Assembly: GCA_951406725.2 (NCBI GenBank)
Contig: OX597816.1
Span: 154,132,001 to 154,196,000 of the forward strand
Direction: 5' to 3'
DNA from: Octopus vulgaris
Taxonomy: Eukaryota
DNA: 64,000 nt
The notes under the pieces are model-generated. The model was not told the origin of the DNA. It was given only the letters and a program-made list of their open reading frames with translations, and made no database searches. Position numbers and translations under genes: made by a program. Positions 1 through 12,404 of the stretch are shown in pieces. Numbering within the stretch: the stretch's first letter is position 1; every line of letters starts with the position of its first letter.

Positions 1-127
1 AGTGAGAAATCATTGGAAATTCGAGCAGCTTTCATGATAGTAGTGATGATAGTTATGTGGTAATGAGGATGGTTATGATGATGATGATGGTGTCCATAGC
101 ATTTGTAAAAGTAATTTCTCAACAAAC

Positions 128-237
128 CTTAATTTGTGTCAACAGACATTTTCCATAGTGAAATTTAACATTAATTTTATCTCCTTCCATATTTTGTATT
201 GAAACATTAGCTTTCCCAGCAACTTGAACATTAACAG
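128..237 (-). CDS. FAM185A: FAM185A-like, coding exon 3 (gene continues left of the window)
   Basis: Acceptor atttatttttcag|CT and donor AAG|gtttgt; 110 nt, phase 1 matches exon 2. Translates TVNVQVAGKANVSIQNMEGDKINVKFHYGKCLLTQIK, similar to remembered FAM185A LDIKSSGSGCVKVQSIEGDNCKIETEHGTSILQSVK (DUF4097-type beta repeat). Confidence 0.88.
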
Positions 238-769
238 CTGAAAAATAAATAATAAATTGAATGTGTGTATGTGAGAGAGAGAGAGAGAGAGCATGTGTTG
301 TTGGTGGTGTTGTTATGGTTCAACCTCAGACTGACTTTGATTAAGCAAACATATGATCTAGCCATGAACAACCTGCCATTTTAGGAGTATCTAAAGTTGC
401 ATTTTTTTAAAGATGTTAAAATGAGATTTGAGGAAGATTTGGCAACTATTTCTAGCAGGTTGATTGATTATACAACAGTTCCCTAGTTGGCCTCTGTGTG
501 TGTGTGTGTGTGTGTGTGAATTTGAGAATATGCATAAGATATCACTTTATTATAAAATGAGGTGCAAAATGAGCTTGAAGTATTAAATAGCACCAAATTA
601 TTCATTTATTTAATACCAAAGTATTATGAAAATCTTATGTGTATACCTAATATCTAAGTTAATTGGGACATGCAGAATTAAGTATGCAGTTCATAGTCTA
701 CATCATGTAATTCCTCACAGACTTGAACTCTATTCATAAGTTGTTAATACAATATCTAATTCACCTCAA

Positions 770-1392
770 GGATCCCTGTTTCTTGTGAGCATGCCCTGGC
801 ACTTCACCACCATCTCTCTCCTGCTCTCTTGCACTCTCCCTCTTTCTCTTGCTCTCTTCCTCTAACTCTATCTCTCTGACTGGTTAACCATGTATCTCCT
901 CTACAGCAACACACCCGTTACTGGCCTCAATCTTCATCACTCTTTCTCTCTCTCTGATCAGGTAACCATGTATCTCCTCCACAGCAAGACACCTGTTTCT
1001 GTCTCCCTGTCACTCTAACCTTTCATCATCTGGCACAAGATTAATTCCTCTACTCCCATGTCTCTCAAAAGGTCTTTGCTTTGCAAGTTACTTGGTGACC
1101 TTGCCAGTGCTGGTGCCATGTAAAAAGCATCCAGTCTACACTGTAAAGTGGCTGGTATTTGGAAGCGCATCCAACTATAAAAAAGACTATGCCAAAACTG
1201 ACCTCGTCTTTGCTGGTGCCATGTAAAAAGCACTCAGTTCACTCTGCAGAGTGGTTGGTATTAGGAACAACTTCCAGCTGTAAAAGAACCATGCCAAAAC
1301 AGACAGCAAAACATGGTGCAGTCTTCTGCCTAGCCAACTCCTGTCAAACCATCCAACCCTTGTCAGTGTGGAAAGCAGACGTTAAATGATGA
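770..1392 (+). mobile_element. RTE LINE 3' UTR fragment (pyrimidine-rich subfamily) in FAM185A intron 2
   Basis: Same motif order as 39360-40102 and as the 3' UTR of the minus-strand RTE at 56430-57600 (ggtaaccatgtatctcc, gtgctggtgccatgtaaaaagca, gttaaatgatga tail). Confidence 0.7.
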
Positions 1393-2396
1393 ATTAAATA
1401 AAAATAAAACTGAGTCAACACGGAAATCTCCATGCAGATATTTGATCAGATAGAGATAGCAGCCAAATCTACTGAATCACAACCTACCTTTCTAAAAAAA
1501 GAAAGGGTATATTAGATAGTGGGTGAAAACAGGGTTGTGTGGTTTAGAGGTTTGCTTTGTAACTATGTGTTTTGAAGTTCAAGCTCCACAGCTTTTGGTT
1601 CCCTGGTGAAGGGACTGTTACTATTATTGTGGAACTGAACTTAATCTGTTTTCCAGTCAAACACAACCAAATGGCCATTTGTTGCTTTTAGTAGAATCTA
1701 TCCTGTAGCAAGCATTTGGGCCTGTGTCTGGTCTATGGATAACTTCCTTCCTCCCACTGCTCTCTGAAAAAAGACAAGAGGTAATGATTAAGCCATTAAA
1801 AAGTCCTAAATATATTATGGGTAAAAAACAAGACACCATAGAGACAATTGGAATGCTTTTGATCATAGATCTATTGGATCAAGGCTGACTTGGGGCTAAA
1901 CATCAACAGGGGAAATAAAGGTAAAACAAGTAATAAATGATATAAAAGTTCTACATTCTGAAATAAGTAATTCATTTAGACAAACAAGGTCTTATTCTTC
2001 AGTATTCTTTAACTACTTAACCCATTCTTAACCCTTATCCTGTTTCCAATACAACTGCCATCTCTGCTCCTCTGAATTTACTAACTGAAAGAGACCTACC
2101 CAGGTCATCCACCTCTCTTCCAACTGCCTTCTTTACTATATCTAACTTCACAGACTCTACATTAAGTACTTTGTCCATTTTTACCTAGAACTGTATTCCT
2201 CTAGACAGGCCTACAACTAGTATGTGTTTCCTGCAATCACCTACCTTCAAAATTTTAATCTAAACATTAACAATATTAAGTATACCCTGATATCCTTATA
2301 CCCCATTGCAGAAAGGTTGGAATGGCTATCAGAATCCCCCTACTGCTTTAGCTAAAACCTTTTTTCATTAGTATAAAGAGTATAAAATGTCCTTAC

Positions 2397-2691
2397 TGAA
2401 TTTAATAGGAACTTCAATAAGACAGGTCATTTCTGGTAAAGAATCTCCAAAAATATCTTTAGGTATGTGACCTTTAACAATAACTTTGTCCTCTTCAGTG
2501 GTAGAATTCAATTCATAGATGTCACTCCATCGAGATAAATTGGAAACAAATGATTCTTTGTTAGCTGAATCATTTGAGAATGGTACCAGGAGTTTTATAA
2601 ACACCCTATTCATTTCTGGGTACTGTACTGGATCCAAAGGTCGAATAAGTACATGAAAAGGAACCTCCACATCAATATTACCAAAAGAGTC
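2397..2691 (-). CDS. FAM185A: FAM185A-like, coding exon 2
   Basis: Acceptor tttctttttaatctag|GAC and donor TTCA|gtaagg; 295 nt (phase 0 to 1). Translates DSFGNIDVEVPFHVLIRPLDPVQYPEMNRVFI...LIEVPIKF, similar to remembered human FAM185A PCHLAVRPLDPLTYPDGDRVLV...VEVNAPLKF. Confidence 0.9.
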
Positions 2692-3515
2692 CTAGATTAA
2701 AAAGAAACACATGAAATTATAATCATCATCATCATTACTGACAGTGAAATAACAGAAACAGTAAAGTTCTGGACTAAATGGCTTACACTTACATGCCACT
2801 TATATCGTCGCTTTTAAAACAATTTTTAATAAATATTGTACCGGTTGAATATAGCTCATCATACAATCGTGATCCCTTGTAGTTATTGAAAGTCGCTGGC
2901 GGAGAAACAAAGCTCGTACACAAAGTCTGCAGCTTCGACGAGTCATTTGCAGAGTTTATCAAATGTCACACGCGTGTTTGTTACATGTGCTCGTGTTCTT
3001 CAATGTTATGGATTGAAACTCATAGTATGTTACTATTTAGTCATATTTGATTATTTTGCATTGTTCTGCTTGAGTTGCAGTGTTAGATCTATCTCAAAAT
3101 GTTACGGTTTCTTAAAGCGTCGGGTCAAAAATTAAGTGCAAATGTGTCCTATCCATCACAATAGCGTCCCATACAAGACAGAGGTCTCGTCTTTAAGTGA
3201 TACAAAGTAAACTCTCTGATTTATTTCCATTTGATCAATACAAATCTACAGGTTTCACATATACAGAACATCGCACTTTTCAATGGCTTGCGTGATCATC
3301 GCATTGATCTCAGTATGACTTTCGAGGCGTCACAAACAAAGCATAATCTTGGCGATTTCCTTTATTGGATAGCATATTACTGTCGAATTTAAGAGTGTAC
3401 ATTTCAATCCAAAGAACGTTTAGAAATTTCTCTTTTTCTATAGTATTTAAATGTGAGAATGGAGTTCGGACAACGAAAATGAGCGCCAAAATTTGAATAG
3501 CAAAAGTTTACTTAC

Positions 3516-3845
3516 TGTTTCATGACCCCACATTTGTATTGGGGTTGTACCGTGAGGGTAGGAAACGGTATCGTTGTTCATAGACTGACATATAGCCGCT
3601 GTATGGACAGATCGTAAAGGTAAATATTTTTGGAAAAATCGATGGTTTTGTTTAACTTGACATATAGAAGACCGATCAGTTAAAGTATGTAAACTTCTGA
3701 AAGCGGACAGACTATGATGTGGACGTATTTTAAGATGTGCATGTGATTTAGGTACTGAAATGTTATGCAGAAATAAACAGGACGAATTCATTCTGTGTAA
3801 GCATATAGACAAAGTGGTAATTTTGTTCAGTGTTTTATACAACAT
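3516..3845 (-). CDS. FAM185A: FAM185A-like, coding exon 1 (110 codons, long mitochondrial-presequence-like N-terminus)
   Basis: ATG at 3845 opens a frame MLYKTLNKITT...PIQMWGHET that ends at a canonical donor ACA|gtaagt (phase 0). It joins exon 2 to give MWGHET-DSFGNIDV, which aligns with the remembered FAM185A EWTLxVSPFG motif. The region 2800-3900 is relatively CpG-rich. Confidence 0.85.
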
Positions 3846-4010
3846 GATTTCGGCTTAAATTAGTAAAGAGAACTAAAAATTATGATTAACTATCTCAAAG
3901 TTAACCTTAGTGTTTATAGTTATCGCACTGAAACGTTACATAAACATGTCAAGGGAAGCTACTCTATTTCACTCTCATTGCACAATGATGTCCCCTTAGT
4001 TATTAACTTG
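3846..4010 (-). promoter_or_regulatory. Putative promoter/5' UTR of the FAM185A-like gene
   Basis: Unique sequence between the start codon and the first SINE; contains AAGGGAAGCTACTC at about 3951-3964. Confidence 0.4.
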
Positions 4011-4019
4011 TTACGTTGT

Positions 4020-4140
4020 AGGCGGTTAATTAGCTGAAACGTTAGAATATTGGACAAAACAACTTGCATTATTTAGATTTTGAGTTCAAGTCCTGTTGCA
4101 GTTAGCTTTGTCTTTCACCTCTCCGGGATTAGTAAAATAA
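4020..4140 (+). mobile_element. tRNA-derived SINE fragment (family with ttgcctttcatcctttcggggtcgat core)
   Basis: ggcggttaattagctgaaacgttag...tgagttcaagtcc...ctttgtctttcacctctccggg; homologous to 20660-20845 and 38620-38815. Confidence 0.6.
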
Positions 4141-4353
4141 TGTCTTCCCTGAAAGATCTATCCTATGTTCGTGATGAATTTGTTACATTAGCAAAAGGTC
4201 ACTTGTAAGTTGAGTTTGCAGGTTTTCAAACTACCAAGCAGGGATACTAAAATGTATTTGAAACATAACATACAAACTAAGTAGATGGGATGAGTTTTAC
4301 ATTATTTAATATGTATTAAGCCTGCAAGGTTTCAGGTACCAAAAATAAGACAT

Positions 4354-5673
4354 AACTACAGTTTCCTGCCCCCACGACTTTGGATGATCATAACTTTCAG
4401 AAAAATGGATATTTTTTAATGAAATTTTTTTACGAATATGTGTTATAGCATTAGATTCCGAATATACAAAACTTGGGGGAGGAGGGGGGGATTTCGGAAA
4501 ATTTCACCGGCGTCCACTTCAATTCGTCTTAACTTTCAAGAAAATTGATATTGGATCTTTTCGGTTTGAACGGTAGTTTTTTAATATAATTTCCACGTAA
4601 CTAAACACTTTTAAACTTCGTATACTGGTAGAATGTGTTTATAAAACATCTTTTTCTCTTGACTTTATTGAGAAAATTCTATGGTTTGTAAGATATTTGT
4701 TGTTTTTTCTGCAATTTCAACCAATCAATGACGTCTATTGAGGTGAAAACATTCTGTGCCGTATGAATATTCCCTCGTTTAAGAAACAAATTGGGTTTAT
4801 TTACATTTCTGAAGAAAAAAAGATACCCTCCCCCCGTCCCTAACCCTAAAACAGATTGAAATGCAATAGATCGATACTAGGGTCATAATTATGGGTGACA
4901 ATTTCATATGACACCGCTAGAAAAAACTGCCGTTCAAACCGAAAAGATCCTTGATATTTTTTAATGAAACTTTCTACAAATATACCTCGGACTATGTAGA
5001 TTCTGAGAAGATAGGAATTTGGGGGAAAAACAATTGGGGGTTACTTTTGAGGACCGTTCCCTACTCGGGGGTGTTTCGGAACAAGTCGTCCATATTTGTT
5101 TCATTTTCTCCGTTTCGTGCGTTTGTGCACCCATAGATTTCTAGTTCTCTCTCACGCACGCATACATATGTAATTAAAAAAGTTCAAACGGAATTATTCT
5201 ATTCAGTGTCTTTAGACCTTTAGCTGGTATTTTTAGCATAACGAGGCTGCTTCAGTAGAAATCTACGGATGCACAAACGCACAAAACGGAGAAAATGAAA
5301 CAACTGTGGACGACTTGTTCCGAAACTCCCCCGAATGGAGAACGGTCCTCAGATGTAACCTCCCAATTGCCCCCCCCCCCCCCCCAAAAAAAAAAAATTC
5401 CTGTGTTTTTGGAATCTTCATAATCCGAAGTATATTTGTAGAAAATTTCATTAAAAAATATCTATTTTCTTGAAAGTTAAGACGAATTGAAGTGGACGCC
5501 GGTGAAATTTTCCGAAATTCCCCACCCCCGCCTAAAACACTTTCCCCCAAAAGTTTTGTATATTTGTAATCTACATGATATAACACATATTCGTGGAAAA
5601 TTTCATTAAAAAATATCCATTTTTCTGAAAGTTATGACCATCCAAAGTCGGTGGGGAGGCAGGAATCTTTAGT
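4354..5673. mobile_element. Foldback-type non-autonomous DNA transposon with about 400-bp inverted arms
   Basis: The left arm (4354-4552 plus 4951-5135) is the reverse complement of the right arm (5263-5673), e.g. tttcggaaaatttcaccggcgtccacttcaattcgtcttaactttcaagaaaat versus attttcttgaaagttaagacgaattgaagtggacgccggtgaaattttccgaaa. Confidence 0.85.
4553..4950. mobile_element. 398-bp MITE (GG-ended TIRs, 8-bp TSD; Merlin-like, or hAT) nested in the foldback arm
   Basis: 30-bp TIRs GGATCTTTTCGGTTTGAACGG(T/C)AGTTTTTT with 1 mismatch; TSD TTGATATT at 4545-4552 and 4951-4958. Confidence 0.9.
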
Positions 5674-6719
5674 GGGTACTTAACATTTTTCCTCTTTTTA
5701 TTTATTTATTTATATTTTGAGAAGTAAATTTCTCCCGAGTGTCCGTTTCCATTGCAGGCAGTGTTGACACAGTAGGTATGGTATTTGAGCAAAATAGAAT
5801 CAGAAATAGTTTCTGTTTAGATCATTTTCTCGTAACCTTATACTAAACTTCCAGACTGACTATACAGTTGGTTACATTTTCTGAATTGTCGTTTCCTGTA
5901 ATTAAATCGTGTTGTTGTCAAGGAAAAGAACTAAAGCATTTAACAGTTCTGATTTATGATATTTCTCTTGAATATAATATTTGAGATTGACACTGACAAA
6001 AATGAATTTATTTTCATTTGGGCGTGAGGTTGGAACATTTTGTTATCTGCGTGAGATTCTGGAATTTATCTGCCTTGTCGATGATGGACTCTGGTTCATT
6101 ATTGGTATTAACTACAAATGGATAAACCGCAAAAGTTGAACCCAGTAAGATTTTCTTTCAGAAAACAGAAGGATAAAATTAAAAACTGAAAGTGCTTTAG
6201 TCAGTTTCGGCTATCTTTGCCACTTTAATGTTCATTTATGTCTGGTTTGTGCCATGTCAAGAGACAGTACAAACCACACATATTCCAAATAATGAGAGAA
6301 ATTTGGATTTATTTCATACATATTTTAATTTATGGCAGAAGAGGAAAAATGAGTTTTAAAATATCTTCTTAAGAAAAAGTAAAATAAATAAATATAATAT
6401 TTGTAAGAATATCCACCTTCTCCTCATCATTATCGTTACTAGCATTGCCGTCATTATCAGCATCAAACAAACAGAGCTTTTATGTGGCCATTGAACGTAT
6501 TAGATATAAAAAAAAGAAGCCAAATATATCCTAACTCACACCCCACCATCTTAATGTATTCTACATTTGATAATATAGTTCTAGACACATTTAAGGTAGA
6601 GTAAAAAAAAAAAACGAAAAGATTGGATGGTTATAATTAGAAAATTATAACCATCTATGGGGGTGCCGTAAAAAGTTGAGGGTTCTTCTGAGTGAGTTGT
6701 TGGTCCTCTAACAAAGAAC

Positions 6720-7060
6720 TGCATGTGTGCATGCATCAGCCTGCAGTCTCCCAGCTCATAGCTATCCATGCTAGTAAGGACATGTCCTCCGTCTCCCACT
6801 AGATCATCCTACCTATGGCTTTAACTCTCATTCAACACAGTAGCTGTGGGCTGGAAGAGGCCTTGTGGCAGGCCCTGCAACAGATGTCTGGGCGTGATTG
6901 GGGAAGATCTCCAGAGGCTTGACATCACCTTGGAGGATGCAGAGGCCTGGCATTGGACCACCAGTGATGGAGAGCACTGGAGGACCTGATCAGCTTTATG
7001 CATGATGACACCTCTGGGACCACTAACTTGGAATGACCCCAGCCACATCAAGCAAGAGCA
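6720..7060 (+). mobile_element. LINE 3' coding fragment (RTE-like)
   Basis: Translates VAVGWKRPCGRPCNRCLGVIGEDLQRLDITLEDAE..., the typical WKRPRGRP...W...I.EDL C-terminus. Confidence 0.65.
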
Positions 7061-7254
7061 TGAAGCCAGCTAAGAACTAGCAACTCCTACTGGGATGGAG
7101 AGTGGCACATCATCATTCACGTCAAGGATAATTAGCAATGGTGATTGTATACACTGCAGATTCATTTTATACAGATACATTCACATGCACACACACACAC
7201 ACATACACACACACACACACTAACACATTGATTTATTATAAATTATGTATCTTT

Positions 7255-7502
7255 TATCTTTTACTTGTTTCAGTCATTTGACCGTGGCCATGCTGGGGTA
7301 CCTCCTTCAAGGGTTTTAATTCAACATATTGACCATAGGATTATTTTTGAAGCCTAGTACTTATTCTATTGGTCTCTTTTATTGAACTGCTAAGTTATTG
7401 GGATGCCGAGGCTATAGTAGAAGAGACTTGCTCAAGGTGCTATGTGGTGGGACTAAACTTTGAATGATGTGGTTGAGAAGCAAGATTCTTACCACACAGC
7501 CA
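7255..7502 (-). mobile_element. tRNA-derived SINE (internally deleted)
   Basis: Homologous to the full copies at 20965-21360 and 61113-61484. Confidence 0.75.
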
Positions 7503-7629
7503 TATATTACTATGGCACTCCGTTGGTTATGACAATGAGGGTTCCAGTTGATCCAATGAACAGATCAGCCTGCTTGTGAAATTAACATGCAAGTGGCCAA
7601 GCACTCCACAGACACGTGTACTCTTAACA

Positions 7630-8137
7630 AGGAAGATCGTCTCCTTGCAACAGCTCAGCTACTGGGAACGGTTGAAAAAGCTAAGACTCTACTCCCTGGA
7701 GAGAAGACGGGAGAGGTATGCAGTAATATATATCTGGAAGATCCTGGAAGGAATTGTGCCAAATTTTGGCATTGAAAACTACACCAATGCCAGAACGGGA
7801 CAACACTGCTTAGTGCCAAAGATCCCAGCAATGCCATCACGCTTCAGGACCAGTTACTGCAACAGCCTGGGTTTCAAGAGCACACAGCTTTTTAATATTC
7901 TACCAAAGAGTCTGAGGAACTTGCACAAAGTAGATGTAGGGTTTTTAAATCAAAGCTGGACCTCTTCCTGTCAAGAGTCTCAGGTGAGCCTACCTCACGG
8001 CAAGAGGTGCAAATGAGGGTAGCTATATCAAACTCCATTCTTCATCAAGTGCCACATATTGGAGGAGGCTCCTGGTAATAACAGTGTAGCGCAAGACGGC
8101 GGTGCATCAGCATGGCCACAACTCTGAGCTGAAACTT
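7630..8137 (+). mobile_element. CR1/L2-group LINE 3' end
   Basis: LSYWERLKKLRLYSLERRRERYAVIYIWKI motif; the 3' UTR ending gcggtgcatcagcatggccacaactctgagctgaaact is shared with 62123-62170 and 62239-62502. Confidence 0.85.
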
Positions 8138-8164
8138 TAAAAAAAAGAATATATATATATATAT

Positions 8165-9658
8165 CAGTAACTTTTTAGATACCCTCTTAAAACCATTCCT
8201 CAAGCATGTCAAAAGCTATATAAAGGATGCCCTGGATATGCTCACTCACCTTCCTGAAACAATAAACAAAAACACCCTACTAGTCAACCTCTATTCCAAT
8301 ATCCCCCACAACCTAGGAATAGAGGCAATTCAATTCTGACTAGAGAATTACGCCAATGAACTCCCACATCACTTCAAAAAAGAATTTGTGATAGAAGGGT
8401 TAAAATTCATCCTGGAAAATAACTACTTCATCTTCAAAGACAACTTCTAACAACAAAAATCAGGGACTGTGATGGATATGAGAATGGCCCCCTCCTTTGC
8501 TAACCTAGTCATGGGATATCTAGAAATTAGTCTTTATTGTAAGGTTCTAGAAATATACAGCAGCCCATTCTCTCTTTACATAAAAAATAGCTGGAAGAGA
8601 TACCTAGATGACTGTTTCATTCTTTGGCATGAAAATATAGAGAAACTTAAAGAATCCCAAGCACTTATAAATGGACTTGATTTAAGCATTCAATTCACAA
8701 TGGAATATAGCCATCAACAACTTCCCTTCCTTGACATCCTCATTAAGAAATCTAACAATGTAATAGAAACAGATATATACTATAAGCCCACGGACTCCAA
8801 GCAATATCTACTGTTCAACTCATTCCACCCCAGACACCCCTTCAACCTAGCAAAAAGGATATGTACTATAGTTTCTAATGCAAACACCAGAGACACACAA
8901 CTACATGAACTAAAGGATACACTCATTACCAGGAACTACCCACCTTCACTAATTGACATATGCTTTCAACATGCCCTTCAACTCAACATCAAGGAACTCA
9001 GACATCCCAAATTAAAGAAGGATTTACAACCAAAAGCCCTACCATACATCTCCACACACAACCCTCTTAACAATGAAGCCTTCAACACCATCCTTCAAAG
9101 CATTCTCCTTCTAAAAAAGGACCACAGAATGAAGTTAATCCTCCAAACACACACCATCATAAAAAGCAAGAGACAACCCAAATCAATGAAAAGTCTCCTA
9201 ACACAAACCCAAATACATTCAACAAAAAATGCGGAAGACCCAACTGTGGGATATACGTCAATTTAATTGAGGAATCAGAATTCTCCTTCAAACAGGGACA
9301 ATGTTTCTCAGTGAAAAACAACTTCACATGTCCTTCGGAGAACCTGATATATGCACTAACCTGCTCTGGGTGTCAAGAACAATACATAAGCCAAGCTAAA
9401 AACAGTCTATGCAAAAGAATGGCTCTGCATAGATCCCAGATCAAAATTCTCCAAAACAGAAAAATTGCATTCAGCCAACACATCGACATTTGCACCAACA
9501 ACAAAATTCCAAGCTTCAGAATTTTTCCCCTCTACCAATTCCGTGACGATACAAGCTGTAGCCAACGAATTAGTAAAGAGACTTTCTTTATTACAAAGTA
9601 CAGACCCCTTTTGAACGCATCTACAACAAACGACATATCCACCACGGCCTTAGAATAA
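8165..9658 (+). mobile_element. Penelope-like retroelement (Neptune-type), decayed RT plus GIY-YIG endonuclease
   Basis: RT motifs GT.M..RMAPSFANLVMG, WKRYLDDCF, LPFLDI, TDIYYKPTD; GIY-YIG-like NLIYALTCSGCQEQYI...R...H; stops and frameshifts. Confidence 0.9.
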
Positions 9659-10041
9659 CACAAACATACATGCAAATATTAAAAATGATACACTCAAGAG
9701 ATTCCCAAGAGATCATTAAAAAATAGTCCTAATCACTGCTATAATTCATAATGAGTCACTTTTAGGTCATTTGACCATTTAACACCCTACTACTATCATA
9801 CTACCTACATTCCTTCTTATTCATCCCTTCTCTTTCTCCTTCTTCTTCTTTGTGTTCTTCCTCTCTGCCATCTCCTTCTTAACTTTACCACTATTGCTGT
9901 TTAAAATAACACCTATGCAAATTTTATAAACAAAACATTCAAAAGAGATGTCTCAAGAATTCAATCACTACTACCATCCACAATGGATCACTTCCGGAGC
10001 ACTTGACCATTTAACATACTAATATCATGGCACTCTCACAT

Positions 10042-10094
10042 TCTTCTTCTTCTTCTTCTTCTTCTTCTTCTTCTTCTTCTTCTTCTTCTTCTTC
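10042..10094. repeat. (TTC)n microsatellite
   Basis: Pure TTC run. Confidence 0.95.
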
Positions 10095-11819
10095 CCTACC
10101 AAGAATTCACAACGATCTCGAACCTACAAAAGTAAACAAGAGAGACAGAGACAGGCAGAAACAAGGAAAACGCCCCTTGTATTTGAATACTATACAAATA
10201 TTCTTTTAAAAATATATATTATTTGAACTGTGTCAAATGAATGAGGGATATTGAATAACTGTTGTAGAGTGTATGATTTATGTAAAAGAGAACGTTTATC
10301 CTACTATCCACTGTAATTTTCTGGTGAGAATTGTTACAACCTGATGTTGTGGATAATTTTCATTCATTAGTGTGTGTGTGTGTGTGTGTGGTTTCTTAGT
10401 TTATGTCTGCTCAATGGCTTGAATTCTGTGTGTGTTGATTGGATGCTATTTTTGTGTCTCTTTATTGGTTAATTTCTGTGGCCTGGTGTTGATGATTGGC
10501 ATATTTTGATATTTATATTTTCTTTTATTTTTATTGGGTTGTCTAATTGCTGCATTGATCTGTTAATCTCATTAAGAATATTTGTTTTTTGGTGAAGTTT
10601 ATCCTGTTAATTAGAAGAGTGTGTGTTTTGTATAGTATTTCAAAATATTAATGCTTGTGGTAGAGGGATTTTGTTTTGGATAAGGTTTAAGGGTTTAAAA
10701 AACTTGTTTGTTTGTATATTTTGCTAGTGGATGGGTATGATTAGGTAATGTGACTATTGTCTTATTTTTACTTATTGTTACTGAGTGTGATATTTTCTTT
10801 TTGAATTTATTAAACTAATAAAACACAGGAGATTAGGTGTTTTTCATATTGTAAATGGTATTTCATGGCAGTGTAGCTTTTGCTAATGTTTTGAATTTTG
10901 GTCAAGAATGAAGGTTTAAAGGCTTGTTTATGGATGGGATGTAGTGTTTTATTTTAAATTTGTCTGTTAATCTAACTAAAGACTTTTATTTGTTTATTTG
11001 TAATACTTCATCAATACCTTTGAGAAAGGCATTAATCTAACAATTTTATTCTTCTGTCCTGATATGTAATCAATATCTGTCACTAAATAATTTAATTTTC
11101 AAAATGACTGCATATTCTGAAATAAGGTTGACATTATGAGTCATTTACAGATCACAAAAATCCAGTAAACTGGTGCCCAACCCTGATTTCCATGGTATTT
11201 AGAGCACTGAAAAATTTCCTCTGGATAGAATTCAGGTCTACCTTTGCAAGAGGAATTAAATTCAGTACTATAAGCCATTACCATCACCATCACCACCCTC
11301 CTCCTCCTCCTCCTCCTCCTCATCATCATCATCATCTATTGAGCTCTTTGTGGAATTGTATTGTCTCTACTCAATAAAGAAGTAAACTTTTGAGGTTAGT
11401 ATTTTTTTTTCAGTTTTATTAGTCCTCCTGGAACAGTTTACTTGACTCTAATGGTAGTTTACAAGGGATTTTGAACCCACATAATTAATACTGCTTATGG
11501 AAGTGAATTAATTAGTGTTCAGAAGTTAGCATCACAATATTAAAGTCTCAGATTTGATTATATTATATGGCATCTTGTGCGAATGTCTTCTACCTTAGTC
11601 TTCAGTTGACTCAAACTTTTGAGCATAAGTTGATAGAGATAAACATTTATTGAAAGCCATCAGATGAACTGTGTTATTGAAAGAGTCATCTTTGTCACTC
11701 ATTATGTCATACTAATTCTGCCTGTCGATTATGTTAATACAGTCAGTTGATAATTTCAGTGACCAAGACAACCATTTATCTAAACTGATGCAAGATACAT
11801 TCCTCAATAAGTACCAACT

Positions 11820-12238
11820 GGTGCAGGCATGATATGAGGTTAAGAAACCTGGTTTCCAACCATCTGTTCTTGGGTCAGTCCCACTGTGTGACACCTTGGG
11901 CAAGCATCTTCTACTGTAGCCGCAGGTTGATCAAATCCTTGTGAGTGGATTTGGGAGACAGAAATTGAAAAAGGCCCATTGTGTGTGTGTGTCCGTCCGT
12001 CCGTCCTTCTCTAGAAATCATGACAGTTGCAAATAAACATTTTCATACAAGCGAAGTTGTTCATTTCCAGTCTTATATGAAAAACATGTTTGGCAAGGGA
12101 GAAATATTACCTTACTTGGAAACAGGTGAAGGTTGATAACAGGAAGGACATCCAGCAGTAGAAAGTTTGCCTCAGTGAATTGCTTCTGAATCATGCAAAC
12201 ATGGAAAAGGAAAATTGGATTTTAATTGATAATGATGA
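11820..12238 (+). mobile_element. tRNA-derived SINE with RTE-like 3' tail
   Basis: Head with B-box-like gggtcagtccc and caccttgggcaag, then (GT)n, then aggaaggacatccagc...catggaaaa tail. Confidence 0.7.
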
Positions 12239-12404
12239 CAACTACACTCAACTATTAAGACAATATATACCGTGAAGTGTTGGTGATAGGATACAAACCA
12301 TTGAGCATTAAAATAGTTGCCTAAATTGCTATTAATTTAATCATCTTTGACTGATGATGGATGTGAAATGTCTAAATTTCAAATTTTCAAAATGATTTTG
12401 AGCA

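Noticed and set aside
4838-4849. CCCTAACCCTAA telomere-like motif (also near 32145)
   Set aside because: Only two units, inside a MITE or unique DNA; not an interstitial telomere array.
5758-5775. Possible 18-nt plus-strand micro-exon (ttgcag|...|gtatgg) of a transcript divergent from FAM185A
   Set aside because: No partner exons or reading frame found; such site pairs occur by chance.
10210-11080. GT-skewed AT-rich block, possibly the 5' part of a minus-strand Penelope element
   Set aside because: No diagnostic motif could be read with confidence; left unannotated.
11141-11377. Poly-His/Pro/Arg/Met ORFs (likewise poly-Ser at 10027, poly-Thr/Ala at 19945, HT/CV repeats at 28931-29306)
   Set aside because: Artefacts of tri- and dinucleotide microsatellites; no splice or homology support.
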